From: a virus
Virus record (IMG/VR): IMGVR_UViG_3300032235_000623
Coordinates: 32,001 to 96,000 of that record
Direction: 5' to 3' (one strand)
DNA length: 64,000 nt
Below the pieces are notes generated by a model, which ran no database searches, was not told the origin of the DNA, and saw nothing but the letters and a program-made list of their open reading frames with translations. Shown piece after piece: positions 1-9,531 of this stretch. The first letter of the stretch is position 1; every line of letters starts with the position of its first letter. The position numbers and the translations under genes are program-made.

Positions 1-543
1 GGTGCCTGGGAAAGATCTATAAAGAGAAAGAAAAAGTATAAAGCTTTAAGTACCGTGGATTTATATAGGCAAACATGTAATGTCAACATGGCACCTAGAG
101 AACAAAAATTTTTAACTCAACCGTTAATCTTTGAGGATATCATGCCTTCAGAAATACCACAGTTCTATTCAAGCCTGCATGTATCAATGTTGCAACAGTA
201 CTGCGACCTTGCTGGGATAAAGTTAATTTGGTCTACGTGGCATGATCCACAGAATAAAGTACTCAATTTAGTAAATCAAGAATATCCAGACACCTACAGG
301 GGCATGGTAGACACTAATCCAGGTGGGTGGTCATTTAATAAAAAAACCAATGAGTCTGAATATAGAGAAAATAACGTTTTAATAAATTGTCATGAAGATT
401 ACAAAATAATATCTGAAGACATGTTTCATACGGCAAGAGATATAGAATTTGGTATTGAGTGGGCACATTGGGGCACACATAGACATCTACATGTTGCTGA
501 AGCATTCGAAAAATATTTTAAGGAAAACATACAAAATGATTAA
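1..543 (+). CDS. SGNH/GDSL-like hypothetical protein, 5'-truncated by window edge
   Basis: Frame open from base 1; shares LIWSTW and ARD..HWG/HFG motifs with paralogue 2433..3272. Confidence 0.6.
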   Translation, partial: GAWERSIKRKKKYKALSTVDLYRQTCNVNMAPREQKFLTQPLIFEDIMPSEIPQFYSSLHVSMLQQYCDLAGIKLIWSTWHDPQNKVLNLVNQEYPDTYRGMVDTNPGGWSFNKKTNESEYRENNVLINCHEDYKIISEDMFHTARDIEFGIEWAHWGTHRHLHVAEAFEKYFKENIQND

Positions 544-628
544 AGATATACATAAATACATATATGTTTTTTATCAAAAGCTATTAAAGAAAAAAAGGGA
601 TAAAAAGAAAACAGATTACACCTACTAG
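536..628 (+). CDS. 30-aa basic micropeptide ending YTY
   Basis: MIKDIHKYIYVFYQKLLKKKRDKKKTDYTY; overlaps upstream stop; paralogue at 3241..3318. Confidence 0.6.
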   Translation: MIKDIHKYIYVFYQKLLKKKRDKKKTDYTY

Positions 629-673
629 TGCTATTGACTATATTGTATGTTAATTATATACTATTGACTACTA

Positions 674-747
674 GCACCAGTAGCTTAGTTGGTCAGAGCC
701 CCGAACTCATAATTCGGTAGTCGTAGGTTCAAGTCCTACCTGGTGTA
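674..747 (+). tRNA. tRNA with CAU anticodon (elongator Met or Ile2)
   Basis: Cloverleaf GCACCAG/CTGGTGT, loop CTCATAA, T-loop TTCAAGT; lacks initiator features. Confidence 0.9.
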
Positions 748-760
748 CAAGGGAGAATAT

Positions 761-1078
761 ATGGAAGAAGAAGAGTATATGGAAAAACTGAGGCACTATA
801 TAGAAATAGGTGCTATCAGAGAAGCTGGCATTGATCAAAATGGAGAGATAATATTTGAGATTGATGAAGAGCATACTAAAGAGTTAGCCCCAGAATTATG
901 GGAAGCTCATATGGAGTACGTAGATGAAGCCTTTCTTGATATGTATAAAGATGGTTTAGTGGATATAGAATATGATGAAGAGCTAAATGCTACTGTTCAC
1001 TTTACTAAAGAGGGTTACGAGTTAGCTGCAGAAAAGGGCTTGATTCCAATAAATATGGATGACATACCAAATAACTAA
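761..1078 (+). CDS. acidic hypothetical phage protein
   Basis: GGAG RBS then ATG at 761; track start at 743 overlaps the tRNA. Confidence 0.75.
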   Translation: MEEEEYMEKLRHYIEIGAIREAGIDQNGEIIFEIDEEHTKELAPELWEAHMEYVDEAFLDMYKDGLVDIEYDEELNATVHFTKEGYELAAEKGLIPINMDDIPNN

Positions 1079-1478
1079 AATGAATTTTGATGATGAAGTT
1101 TTCCAAGAGCGTAGATTTTTATTTCAAAATATAGCCTCTGTTTTACCAGATAATCCTTGGGTTATTAAAGCTACTGAAAAAATGAAAACTTATTCAAAAG
1201 ATGAATATTCTATTATGCTAAAAGAAGCATATGAATTTCAAGATGTATTTGATAGAGCAGTTCAATTAAATATCTCTGCAAAAACAGAAGAAGCACATGA
1301 GCTTTTTGTTTTATTCATTAAGCATATAAGATGGTTTTTTGAAATAGATAAAGAGTCTTATGACGAGCTACTAGAGCTTTGTAGTCCAAATATGAATCAA
1401 TTTCTTATTGTAAATAAATCATACTCTGATTTATTATTTGATATACTTAATGAGTATAGACTGGAAGTAGGAGTTTAA
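1059..1478 (+). CDS. TipAS antibiotic-recognition-domain-like protein (tentative)
   Basis: EEAHELFVLFIKHIRWFFEIDKESYDELLE resembles TipAS helices. Confidence 0.4.
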   Translation: MTYQITKMNFDDEVFQERRFLFQNIASVLPDNPWVIKATEKMKTYSKDEYSIMLKEAYEFQDVFDRAVQLNISAKTEEAHELFVLFIKHIRWFFEIDKESYDELLELCSPNMNQFLIVNKSYSDLLFDILNEYRLEVGV

Positions 1479-2443
1479 TGAAGGCAATCGTAGTAAAATC
1501 ATTTGGCGGTCCAGAGGTTATGGAGTATGTCGATTATCGAGATCCAACACCTGTAAAAAATCAAGTTTTGGTAGATACAAGAATGATAGGCGTCAACTAT
1601 GCAGATACCTATCAAACAGAGAATAGCTATTTGGTACAGTCTTTGCCACCAGTCATCCCTGGCATAGAGGCATCATTTATGATAGATGGTGATTTATTTG
1701 TTGGGCACACTTCAAGCGGTGCATATGCAGAAAAAATTCTTGTTAATAGAGATAGAATGTTTAAGGTGCCAGATGGTGTCAGTGAGCAGGAAGCACTCTC
1801 TGTAGTATGTCAGGGAACTACTGCATATGGAATAGTAAATGATATATGCAATATTAAAGATGGAGATTTGGTTTTAGTAAATGGAGCTTCAAGTGCAGTT
1901 GGCATGATACTAATTCAGCTATGCAAACTTTATGGCGCTACAGTCATAGGTGTTACTGGAAGTGAAAAGAAGATAGATTTTGTAAAAGACTTAGGTGCTG
2001 ACTTCGTATGCATTGATAGCATGTCTGAAATAAAAAAAATTACTGATTCAATTGGGAAAAAGCCAAAATTTATTTTAGAGTCTTACGGCGGTAAGCATTT
2101 CATGCAATACTATAGCATGCTAGATACTGCTGGTCATATATGTTCGTACGGTGCATCCTCTAGAGAAGGCTTGCCACCAATGCATATACGTGATCTTTTA
2201 AAGGATACCAAGATAGTTTCTGGATTCTGGGGAACTAAAATTTTTGCAGACTCAGAAAAATTATCTACTGCGGTTAACGATTTGTTTGATTTGATTAAAA
2301 ATAAAAAAATAAAAATTGTTATTGGAGATACAATGTATCTAAGCAATGCAAAGGAAATGCATGAAAAAATTAGAAACAGAGATACAGTTGGAAAGCTTAT
2401 TTTAATAAACGATATGAATGAAGCTTTAAAAAATGAAGTTTAG
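1478..2443 (+). CDS. qor: NADPH:quinone oxidoreductase (MDR/zeta-crystallin family)
   Basis: MKAIVV..FGGPEV, GVNYAD, LVNGASSAVG, C-terminal GKLIL. Confidence 0.9.
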   Translation: MKAIVVKSFGGPEVMEYVDYRDPTPVKNQVLVDTRMIGVNYADTYQTENSYLVQSLPPVIPGIEASFMIDGDLFVGHTSSGAYAEKILVNRDRMFKVPDGVSEQEALSVVCQGTTAYGIVNDICNIKDGDLVLVNGASSAVGMILIQLCKLYGATVIGVTGSEKKIDFVKDLGADFVCIDSMSEIKKITDSIGKKPKFILESYGGKHFMQYYSMLDTAGHICSYGASSREGLPPMHIRDLLKDTKIVSGFWGTKIFADSEKLSTAVNDLFDLIKNKKIKIVIGDTMYLSNAKEMHEKIRNRDTVGKLILINDMNEALKNEV

Positions 2444-3272
2444 CATTAGTAGTAATTTTACTGAAAATAAATATTTTGGTATTTTAAATCCAAATACTGA
2501 AGATTTTCTGATGCCATACGAAAAAGATCTTGGAATTGATCCAGACCACAGCCTAGTTTATAGCTATAATAATTTTGGTTTCAGGTGTGAAGATTTTGTA
2601 AAAAATCATAATGGGTTACATATACTTTTTGCGGGATGCTCTGAGACAGAGGGCGCTGCAAATAAACTAGAGGATACTTGGTCGCATATTTTATATAGCA
2701 AGATAAAAAAATCTGAAGACATGTCTGGCTACTATAACGTAGGTAAAGCTGGACTTACTATATCTGCAATTGTAATGAATATATTTCAATACATAGATGA
2801 TTTTGGATTGCCCGATTGTATTTTTGTGCAGTTTCCAGATCAAACAAGATACGTAACCTGGTCCCAAGAGGATGGGTTTTATCCAAAGTATCAGGTTTTA
2901 GGAGATAATGTAAGTAATATAGAGTGGGATATATTTTTTACCAAACATGACGATCCAAAAGCACTAAATATAAATATACTTTATAATTACCTATTGTTAA
3001 AAAATTTAATTCAGTTTTGTAAAATAAATAATATAAGATTAATCTGGTCTAGCTGGCACCATCCAAGTATTGAAAAATTTAGTTCTGATACCAGTTTGCT
3101 TGATGGCTATATAAACACAAGTACGCTTAATAAAGAGCATTGGGATATTAAAATAAAGGACTTAAAAGCAAGAGATGGATATCATTTTGGGAGAGGCTTT
3201 CATAAAATATGGGCTGACCAGTTCTATAAGGAGTTTTTAAATGATAAAGATCATAAAAAGAATAATAGTTAA
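2433..3272 (+). CDS. SGNH-hydrolase-like protein
   Basis: YSYNNFGFRC, FAGCSETEG, YNVGKAG, RDGYHFG (DxxH). Confidence 0.65.
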   Translation: MKFSISSNFTENKYFGILNPNTEDFLMPYEKDLGIDPDHSLVYSYNNFGFRCEDFVKNHNGLHILFAGCSETEGAANKLEDTWSHILYSKIKKSEDMSGYYNVGKAGLTISAIVMNIFQYIDDFGLPDCIFVQFPDQTRYVTWSQEDGFYPKYQVLGDNVSNIEWDIFFTKHDDPKALNINILYNYLLLKNLIQFCKINNIRLIWSSWHHPSIEKFSSDTSLLDGYINTSTLNKEHWDIKIKDLKARDGYHFGRGFHKIWADQFYKEFLNDKDHKKNNS

Positions 3273-3318
3273 AAGAAAAATAAAACAAATGTTAAAGAAG
3301 AATAGGTATACCTACTAA
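3241..3318 (+). CDS. 25-aa basic micropeptide ending YTY
   Basis: MIKIIKRIIVKRKIKQMLKKNRYTY; TAATG coupling to carbamoyltransferase. Confidence 0.65.
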   Translation: MIKIIKRIIVKRKIKQMLKKNRYTY

Positions 3319-4757
3319 TGATTATTTTAGGCATTAATGAAACATCACACGATGCATCAATATCCTTGATAAAGGATGGTGAGATACTATTTGCTGGACA
3401 TGCTGAAAGATACAGTAAAAAAAAGAATGACTGGTATAACAATAATGAAATTTATCTTGATATGCTTAATTATGGAACACCAACCCATATAGCATACTAT
3501 GAGCATCCAAGATTAAAACAATCAAGAATTATGTTGAGAGGCGGTGCTTCAGACTGGAAGCCAAGCATACCATTTGATCTACCAGTTAAATACTTTAGTC
3601 ACCACTATTCTCATGCATGTGCTGGATATTATACAAGTAAATTTAAAGATGCAGTAATTGTTGTTCTTGATGCAATAGGTGAATGGAATACATCAACAAT
3701 ATGGGTAGGCGAAGGCGAAGAAGTTAAATCGGTAAAGAAATTTAATTATCCAACAAGTTTTGGTTTATTCTATTCTGCATTTACTAAGCTACTTGGCTTA
3801 AAGCCAAATGAAGAAGAATATATAATGATGGGGATGGCTGGGTACGGTGATCCAGACAGATACTTTGATAAAGTTAATTCTTATTTTCCATCAATTAGAA
3901 AACAAAAATATAATTTTCATAAAGGAATAAATGACTGGGATATTGAGATAACAGATCAAAATAAATTTGATATTGCAGCAGCAGTACAAAAAGTATATGA
4001 GCATAGACTTTTAGAATTTATGGAGTATGCAAAGATACTTACGGGGAAAACAAATCTTGTATTTATGGGTGGATGTGCATTAAATTGTTCTGCTAACACC
4101 AAACTATGGGATTTGTTTAATAATATTTGGATTATGCCAAATCCAGGAGATGCGGGTAGCTCATTGGGTGCAGCAGCAGCCTTATACGGCTCTCATTTAA
4201 ATTGGGAAGGCCCATATCTAGGCACTAATTTGCAAAGTAATTGGCCTAGACACGAAATACTAAAAGAGCTAAAAGAAAATAAAATTGTAGCGGTTGCGTC
4301 TGGAAGGGCAGAGTACGGTCCAAGAGCACTTGGTAATAGAAGTATATTGGCAGATCCAAGAGATCCTAATATTAAAGATAAGGTAAATCAAATTAAACAA
4401 AGAGAAAAGTTTAGGCCATTTGCCCCAGTTGTTTTAGAGCATTTTGCAAATGAATGGTTTGACATGCCAACAAGATCAACACCATATATGCAATATGCAG
4501 TTAGGTGCAAATATCCAGAAAAAATACCTTCTGTCGTACATGTCGACGGAACTTCAAGAGTCCAGACTGTAAATGAATATGACCACCCAGAACTACACAT
4601 GCTTCTCAGGCAGTGGTATTGGGAAACAGGCGTACCTATTTTATTAAATACTAGCTTAAATATTAAGGGTCAGCCACTCCTTAATGATCAAAATGATATA
4701 ATTGAGTGGCAAAATAGATATAACACTAAAATATACGGAGGAAATAATGTTTTATGA
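3318..4757 (+). CDS. carbamoyltransferase, NodU/CmcH family
   Basis: ILGI..HDAS, HHYSHA, GGCALN, EYGPRALGNRSILADP, RPFAP, HVDGTSRVQTV, LLNTSLN. Confidence 0.95.
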   Translation: MIILGINETSHDASISLIKDGEILFAGHAERYSKKKNDWYNNNEIYLDMLNYGTPTHIAYYEHPRLKQSRIMLRGGASDWKPSIPFDLPVKYFSHHYSHACAGYYTSKFKDAVIVVLDAIGEWNTSTIWVGEGEEVKSVKKFNYPTSFGLFYSAFTKLLGLKPNEEEYIMMGMAGYGDPDRYFDKVNSYFPSIRKQKYNFHKGINDWDIEITDQNKFDIAAAVQKVYEHRLLEFMEYAKILTGKTNLVFMGGCALNCSANTKLWDLFNNIWIMPNPGDAGSSLGAAAALYGSHLNWEGPYLGTNLQSNWPRHEILKELKENKIVAVASGRAEYGPRALGNRSILADPRDPNIKDKVNQIKQREKFRPFAPVVLEHFANEWFDMPTRSTPYMQYAVRCKYPEKIPSVVHVDGTSRVQTVNEYDHPELHMLLRQWYWETGVPILLNTSLNIKGQPLLNDQNDIIEWQNRYNTKIYGGNNVL

Positions 4758-5529
4758 CAACCCAAATGTAGAAAAAGTTGGACACAAAGTTTATGTATAC
4801 AGGAATTTTGTTTCTCCAGAAAAAATGGCAGAGATAAATAAAATTTTAAAAGACATAAATGTTGATGATTTAAGAGTAGATACTTCAGATCACACGATAG
4901 ACTGGTATTACGATAAGTTTACTCAGCCTATTCCAGCTTTGTATGACGTATGGAAGGATTTAAATGATCTACTTCTTCCAGAATACTGTATTCACCCATG
5001 CCTTACCCTACTTAGTACTAAAGAGGGAGAAGAAATGTACGCTCACTCAGATAGTCCAGGAGAAGATATGGAAGACGAGCTTATTGCTTCAGATGTATGG
5101 AACACTTGTTGTGTTATCCACTACGGCGCTATAGTTTATTTTGGAGAATTTGAAGGCGGAGAGGTATACTATCCAAACTTAGATGCAGATGGTAACTTTG
5201 TAGGAAATGAAGAACCATTAAAGGCTGGCAATGAATTTAGAGTAAAGCCTAATGCTGGAGACTTGATAATTCATGGAGCTCATAGCGATACATATCATGG
5301 AGTTAAGAAGATAACATCTGGCGTAAGATATGCTTTCTCAAACTTTGTTTTACCAGTTGAAAAGAATCCAGGAACATTCCCAGTATGTGGTACTCCAGAA
5401 AATGAAGAAAGATGGAATAAGGGTCATGCAGAATGGCTAACACCAATTAATTTTAAATGGCAGCCTTCTGAAAAACTACAAAATGAAATAGACGCTGGAG
5501 TTACTGGCGTAAGATATAGAGATATGTAG
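4747..5529 (+). CDS. 2OG-Fe(II) dioxygenase (prolyl-4-hydroxylase-like)
   Basis: HSD, FEGGE, HGV..ITSGVRY; likely start MFYDNP at 4747. Confidence 0.85.
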   Translation: MFYDNPNVEKVGHKVYVYRNFVSPEKMAEINKILKDINVDDLRVDTSDHTIDWYYDKFTQPIPALYDVWKDLNDLLLPEYCIHPCLTLLSTKEGEEMYAHSDSPGEDMEDELIASDVWNTCCVIHYGAIVYFGEFEGGEVYYPNLDADGNFVGNEEPLKAGNEFRVKPNAGDLIIHGAHSDTYHGVKKITSGVRYAFSNFVLPVEKNPGTFPVCGTPENEERWNKGHAEWLTPINFKWQPSEKLQNEIDAGVTGVRYRDM

Positions 5530-5579
5530 TCTATACCTATAGACAAAATCAGCGACTAATAGTATTATTAGGTTACTAA

Positions 5580-5655
5580 GCCTTTGTAGCTCAGCGGACA
5601 GAGCAGTAGCCTTCTAAGCTATTGGTCGCTGGTTCGATTCCAGCCAAAGGCGCCA
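5580..5655 (+). tRNA. tRNA-Arg(UCU)
   Basis: GCCTTTG/CAAAGGC acceptor, loop CTTCTAA, encoded CCA. Confidence 0.95.
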
Positions 5656-5656
5656 T

Positions 5657-5729
5657 TGGGGATTAGCTCAGCAGGCAGAGCGGGAAGCTGTTAACTTCTA
5701 GGTCGCTGGTTCGAATCCAGCATCCCCAG
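5657..5729 (+). tRNA. tRNA-Asn(GUU)
   Basis: TGGGGAT/ATCCCCA, loop CTGTTAA. Confidence 0.95.
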
Positions 5730-5741
5730 CAAAACATATTT

Positions 5742-5814
5742 GCCCCTATAGCTCAGTTGGTAGAGCAACAGACTTTTAATCTGTGGGTCGTAGGATCGAT
5801 GCCTACTGGGGGTA
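5742..5814 (+). tRNA. tRNA-Lys(UUU), atypical T-loop
   Basis: GCCCCTA/TGGGGGT, loop CTTTTAA, T-loop ATCGATG. Confidence 0.88.
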
Positions 5815-5815
5815 C

Positions 5816-5939
5816 GATACTAAGGTTGCGTTGCAGGTATAGAGACTGACTCCCGACGGGGACAACTGGAGGTCAACGAGCTTATGTAAAGCCTCATGTA
5901 TCAGATTAATAAGTTAGTTTGCTCGTAGACTTATTAATC
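5816..5939 (+). ncRNA. putative structured RNA(s) between tRNA-Lys and tRNA-Trp
   Basis: GATAC/GTATC, CGTTG/CAACG, TCCC/GGGA stems; separate 12-bp hairpin 5904-5939; no ORF. Confidence 0.4.
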
Positions 5940-5943
5940 GCTT

Positions 5944-6014
5944 AGGGTCTAAGTGTTACGGAAGCACTACCGTCTCCAAAGCGGTAAGCCTAGGTTCGAC
6001 TCCTAGAGACTCTG
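5944..6014 (+). tRNA. tRNA-Trp(CCA)
   Basis: AGGGTCT/AGACTCT, loop CTCCAAA, TTCGACT. Confidence 0.9.
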
Positions 6015-6021
6015 CAGCAGA

Positions 6022-6130
6022 CCACACCTCTACACCTGCCGTCGGTTGCAGAAGTACGTGTGTGCAGTTCGGGCCTAGCTAGACGACTGCATTGTGTTGA
6101 GAACGCACAAGTACGAGCCTTACGGTGTGG
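6022..6130 (+). ncRNA. putative multibranch structured RNA
   Basis: CCACACC/GGTGTGG closing stem enclosing CTGC/GCAG, TGCAGT/ACTGCA, TTGTG/CACAA. Confidence 0.5.
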
Positions 6131-6153
6131 CACTCTATAAACCGAGTTCTCAA

Positions 6154-6245
6154 GGAAGATTGGCTGAGTGGTCTAAAGCAATCGGTTGCTAACTGATCGT
6201 GGGAGTTAAATTTCACCATAGGTTCGAATCCTATATCTTCCGCCA
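6154..6245 (+). tRNA. tRNA-Ser(GCU)
   Basis: GGAAGAT/ATCTTCC, loop TTGCTAA, long variable arm, CCA. Confidence 0.95.
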
Positions 6246-6246
6246 A

Positions 6247-6319
6247 GCCCTTATAGCCCAGCGGTAGAGGCAGTGGACTTAAAATCCATACAGCGTTGGT
6301 TCGAATCCAACTAAGGGCA
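6247..6319 (+). tRNA. tRNA-Leu(UAA), short variable arm
   Basis: GCCCTTA/TAAGGGC, loop CTTAAAA; class-I length as in actinobacterial Leu(UAA). Confidence 0.92.
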
Positions 6320-6390
6320 CAAATGGTATAATTATTTAGGGTCGCCATAAGGGGCCTTAATTTAATTTATTCGCTTAAAGGAGGAATAAA

Positions 6391-6801
6391 ATGGTAACAC
6401 AGTTCGGTATGGATATTTTTAATGATCCATTTTTTATAGGGTTTGACAGATTAACAAATAGAATATCTGCAGCTCATTCAAGTTCAAATGGTTTTCCGCC
6501 ATATAATGTAAGAAAAGTAGATGAAGATACATTTATTGTAGAGTTAGCTGTTGCTGGCTATAATCGTGAATCCTTATCCGTAGTAGAAAATGACGGAACA
6601 TTAGAGATTAAGGGTGAAAAGCCAGAGGATGCAGAAACATATCTTCACAAAGGAATTGCTGGAAGAAAATTTACACGTACTTTTGCATTAAGTGAGTACA
6701 TGTATGTAGATTCAGCTGACCTAAATGATGGAATGCTTTATGTTGTTGTAAAGAGAGAAATTCCAGAAGAAAAAAAGCCAAAGACAATCACAATTAAATA
6801 G
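6391..6801 (+). CDS. small heat-shock protein Hsp20 (IbpA-like)
   Basis: FPPYNV, VELAVAG, YLHKGIAGRKFTRTF, A.LNDGML. Confidence 0.95.
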   Translation: MVTQFGMDIFNDPFFIGFDRLTNRISAAHSSSNGFPPYNVRKVDEDTFIVELAVAGYNRESLSVVENDGTLEIKGEKPEDAETYLHKGIAGRKFTRTFALSEYMYVDSADLNDGMLYVVVKREIPEEKKPKTITIK

Positions 6802-6816
6802 ATCGCAAGAAGGTAA

Positions 6817-6932
6817 CCACTCCAAGCACTAGTGGCTTTAGGGACCGCCCTAAACAAAAGCATGATAGTGTTGGACGCTCCCACTTATGTTAATGTGGAC
6901 ATGCAGACCTGAGTAAGTCTTTAAACTGCTCA
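6817..6932 (+). ncRNA. putative structured RNA ending in H-type pseudoknot
   Basis: CCACT/AGTGG, TTTAGGG/CCCTAAA, GCATG/CATGC; pseudoknot 6905-6932 recurs elsewhere. Confidence 0.5.
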
Positions 6933-6951
6933 CTAAGATTAAGGAAAAGAT

Positions 6952-7128
6952 ATGCCAACGTATGAATACAATTGTGTTAATTGTAAAATTAATAAGGAAA
7001 TTCCAAAGTCATTTAACGATGCAGATAGTCCTGAGCTGTGCGAAAAGTGCGGTGAAGCAATGAATAAAGTTTATAGCACATTTGGTATACAGTTTAAGGG
7101 TGGAGGATTCTACTCCACTGGAGGGTAA
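6952..7128 (+). CDS. FmdB-family zinc-ribbon regulatory protein
   Basis: MPTYEYNCVNC..CEKCG..FKGGGFYST; below ORF-track cutoff. Confidence 0.9.
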   Translation: MPTYEYNCVNCKINKEIPKSFNDADSPELCEKCGEAMNKVYSTFGIQFKGGGFYSTGG

Positions 7129-7185
7129 CTAACTTTTTCAATGATATAATTAACTTGTTATAGATGTTATAACAAGGAGTTATAG

Positions 7186-9321
7186 TTGACTAGGACTAAG
7201 TTATGGAGATTATCATTAGCAGCCATTTTGGGGTTTGGCTGGCTATTTATGACACCTGCATACAGTGACGATCCTTTAACATTAGCCGCTAAAGAAATTG
7301 AATTATTAAATAGTGCAGTAGATAAATTAGACTATAAAGAAGGTCTAATTAATATGATTGATATCGCAGAAAATAAGTTCACATATGCCAAAAATCTACA
7401 GGATGTTAGAAATACAGCAATTGCAGACTATGAAGATGCAGTTGATGCAGAAGCCTCAGCATTAGAAGAATTAGAAATTGCTCAGTCAAATGTAGATGGA
7501 CAAACAGCAACAGTAGCCCTTGCACTTGATAATAGGGACAATGCTTTTCAAAATAAAAATAACGCACAAGATGCTCTCAATATAGCTAATATTAATCTAC
7601 AAACAGCACAATCTAATATGCAATCTGCAGGTGGATCAGGACTGCAATACACTGTATATAATCTTGCAAGAGTTTGGCCAAGCATAGCTGTGCCAGATTC
7701 CGTTATATGCTCTGGAACATGGAATTCAAACTCTATGCAACTTCCTGTTTGTGGCAATAGATATGAGAATATAGTAGTTAAGTTTACAGGACAAATAACA
7801 GTTCCAGATCATTGGACATCAACATATTTTGCAGGCTATACAGATGATGGGTTTAGAATGTACATTGATGGACAACTTGCAGTAAACAACTGGGTAGAGC
7901 AAGGTGTAAGGTGGAGCAACTATTCACCAGTTTATGATGTTACAACAGACAAGACATTTGATGTAGAAATTTGGTGGTACAACGGTGGAGGACCAGGATC
8001 TTATCACCTTGGTTGGGCTATTCCTGGAGGATGGACTGGAGCAGGATGCGACTATACTGGTGGTTGGGGAGTAGGATTTAGTTGTAATCTTGGAACATTC
8101 TCTTCTGGATCAGGACCAACACAGGCACAAATAGATGCTTATAACCAAGCACTTGAAACAAGAAATGCAGCACAACAAGATTATAATAATGCACTATCAG
8201 AATATAATGACAAACTAAATGTATACAACCAAGAGGTTGCAACACTAAACTCATTAAATCAAACATTAACTAATAAAGAATCTGAGTATGATAATGCAGT
8301 AAATGACACAGAGGATGCTTTGTCTGAAAAGAATAATGCTATAAATGATTTTAATAACGCTATAAATGATCTAAATAGCGCAATTGATGACGCATGGCGT
8401 TACTATGATGAGCAGTCAAAAAGAGAAATTCAGAGAGCAATCGCTCAAGCAGCTGCCAACGCTGCTGCAAACCAGCCAAAGCCAGAGCCATCCCCAAAAC
8501 CAACAATTGAACCAGAAAAGCCAAAGCCTTCTCCGCCACCAACAGATAAACCTGAGCCTAAGCCAAGCAATGCTACTGGAACAGAAGAACCAGGTCCAAA
8601 GCCAACACAGCCAGGACCTAAGCCAGAGCCAACACAGCCAGAAAAGCCTAAACCTGAACCAACAAAGACAAAAGAGCCTAAACCAACACCTGCTCCAAGT
8701 CCTGAACCAAAACCAGAACCTACTATTGAGCCAGAGCCTAAACCACTGCCAAGACCAGAATTTAAGCCAGCAGAAAATATTGATCCAGTTATCAAAGATG
8801 CAGAGCTAGCAGCACTTATTCCAGAAAAAGGAAGCGGAAGCACAGAGGATCTTTCTGGAGTTATTGCTAATCTAACTAGCAAAGATAATAAATTAGTTAA
8901 GCTTTCTCCAGAGCAAACAGCAGCAGTAAGTCAGACCCTCAAGGCTTTGACTCAAGAAGCAAAGAAAGAAATTGCTTCAGATCTTGGAATTTCATCATCA
9001 GAAGTTACAAAGGTTGCGGATGCAATGAAGTCGGATCCCAATATAGCATCAGCATTTGTTGAGTTCTCGGAAAGAGCAGAGCAGGCTGGAGACACATCTA
9101 TGCCATTTACCTTGGCAGATGCAACAACTGAAGTTGCAACAGAAGCATTTTTATCTGATCCAATAGGAGCAATTTCGGACATTAATTTTGAAAAATTACT
9201 TAGCCCATCAGAATGGGGTAAAGATATGACTGACGATCAGAGAGAAAAGGCACAAGAGGTAGTTGTGCCTGTAATTATTGCTGGAAATATTGTGGCAGCA
9301 GCCATGACAAGGAGGATATGA
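7186..9321 (+). CDS. secreted/surface protein with PA14 domain, coiled coils and Pro-rich linker
   Basis: Signal peptide; FTGQI..TDDGFRMYIDG..NNW; PEPK/PKPT tract; hydrophobic C-terminus. Confidence 0.75.
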   Translation: MTRTKLWRLSLAAILGFGWLFMTPAYSDDPLTLAAKEIELLNSAVDKLDYKEGLINMIDIAENKFTYAKNLQDVRNTAIADYEDAVDAEASALEELEIAQSNVDGQTATVALALDNRDNAFQNKNNAQDALNIANINLQTAQSNMQSAGGSGLQYTVYNLARVWPSIAVPDSVICSGTWNSNSMQLPVCGNRYENIVVKFTGQITVPDHWTSTYFAGYTDDGFRMYIDGQLAVNNWVEQGVRWSNYSPVYDVTTDKTFDVEIWWYNGGGPGSYHLGWAIPGGWTGAGCDYTGGWGVGFSCNLGTFSSGSGPTQAQIDAYNQALETRNAAQQDYNNALSEYNDKLNVYNQEVATLNSLNQTLTNKESEYDNAVNDTEDALSEKNNAINDFNNAINDLNSAIDDAWRYYDEQSKREIQRAIAQAAANAAANQPKPEPSPKPTIEPEKPKPSPPPTDKPEPKPSNATGTEEPGPKPTQPGPKPEPTQPEKPKPEPTKTKEPKPTPAPSPEPKPEPTIEPEPKPLPRPEFKPAENIDPVIKDAELAALIPEKGSGSTEDLSGVIANLTSKDNKLVKLSPEQTAAVSQTLKALTQEAKKEIASDLGISSSEVTKVADAMKSDPNIASAFVEFSERAEQAGDTSMPFTLADATTEVATEAFLSDPIGAISDINFEKLLSPSEWGKDMTDDQREKAQEVVVPVIIAGNIVAAAMTRRI

Positions 9322-9515
9322 TGAAAATAATTAAAGGTTTATTTAATTGGATATTAGAAGCAGTTAAAGAAAGTATTGCCCAGGTATGGACCCTTCTTGG
9401 CTTCTTTATTGCTTGGCTAACACTGACTGGAACAGCCCAAGATGTTGTTGCGGTAGCTACTATTGCTGCCACTATTATATGGCTGGTAACTATCCCTCTT
9501 CGTAAAGACGAGTAA
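9318..9515 (+). CDS. small two-TM membrane protein
   Basis: Two hydrophobic segments; coupled start. Confidence 0.7.
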   Translation: MMKIIKGLFNWILEAVKESIAQVWTLLGFFIAWLTLTGTAQDVVAVATIAATIIWLVTIPLRKDE

Positions 9516-9531
9516 ATGCTATAATAGTGGT

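Noticed and set aside
5904-5943. HDV-like theta ribozyme next to tRNAs
   Set aside because: An L3-like GCTCGT is present but I could not form P2/P1.1; a simple hairpin explains it.
6079-6348. Minus-strand 89-aa ORF
   Set aside because: Antisense to tRNA-Ser and tRNA-Leu.
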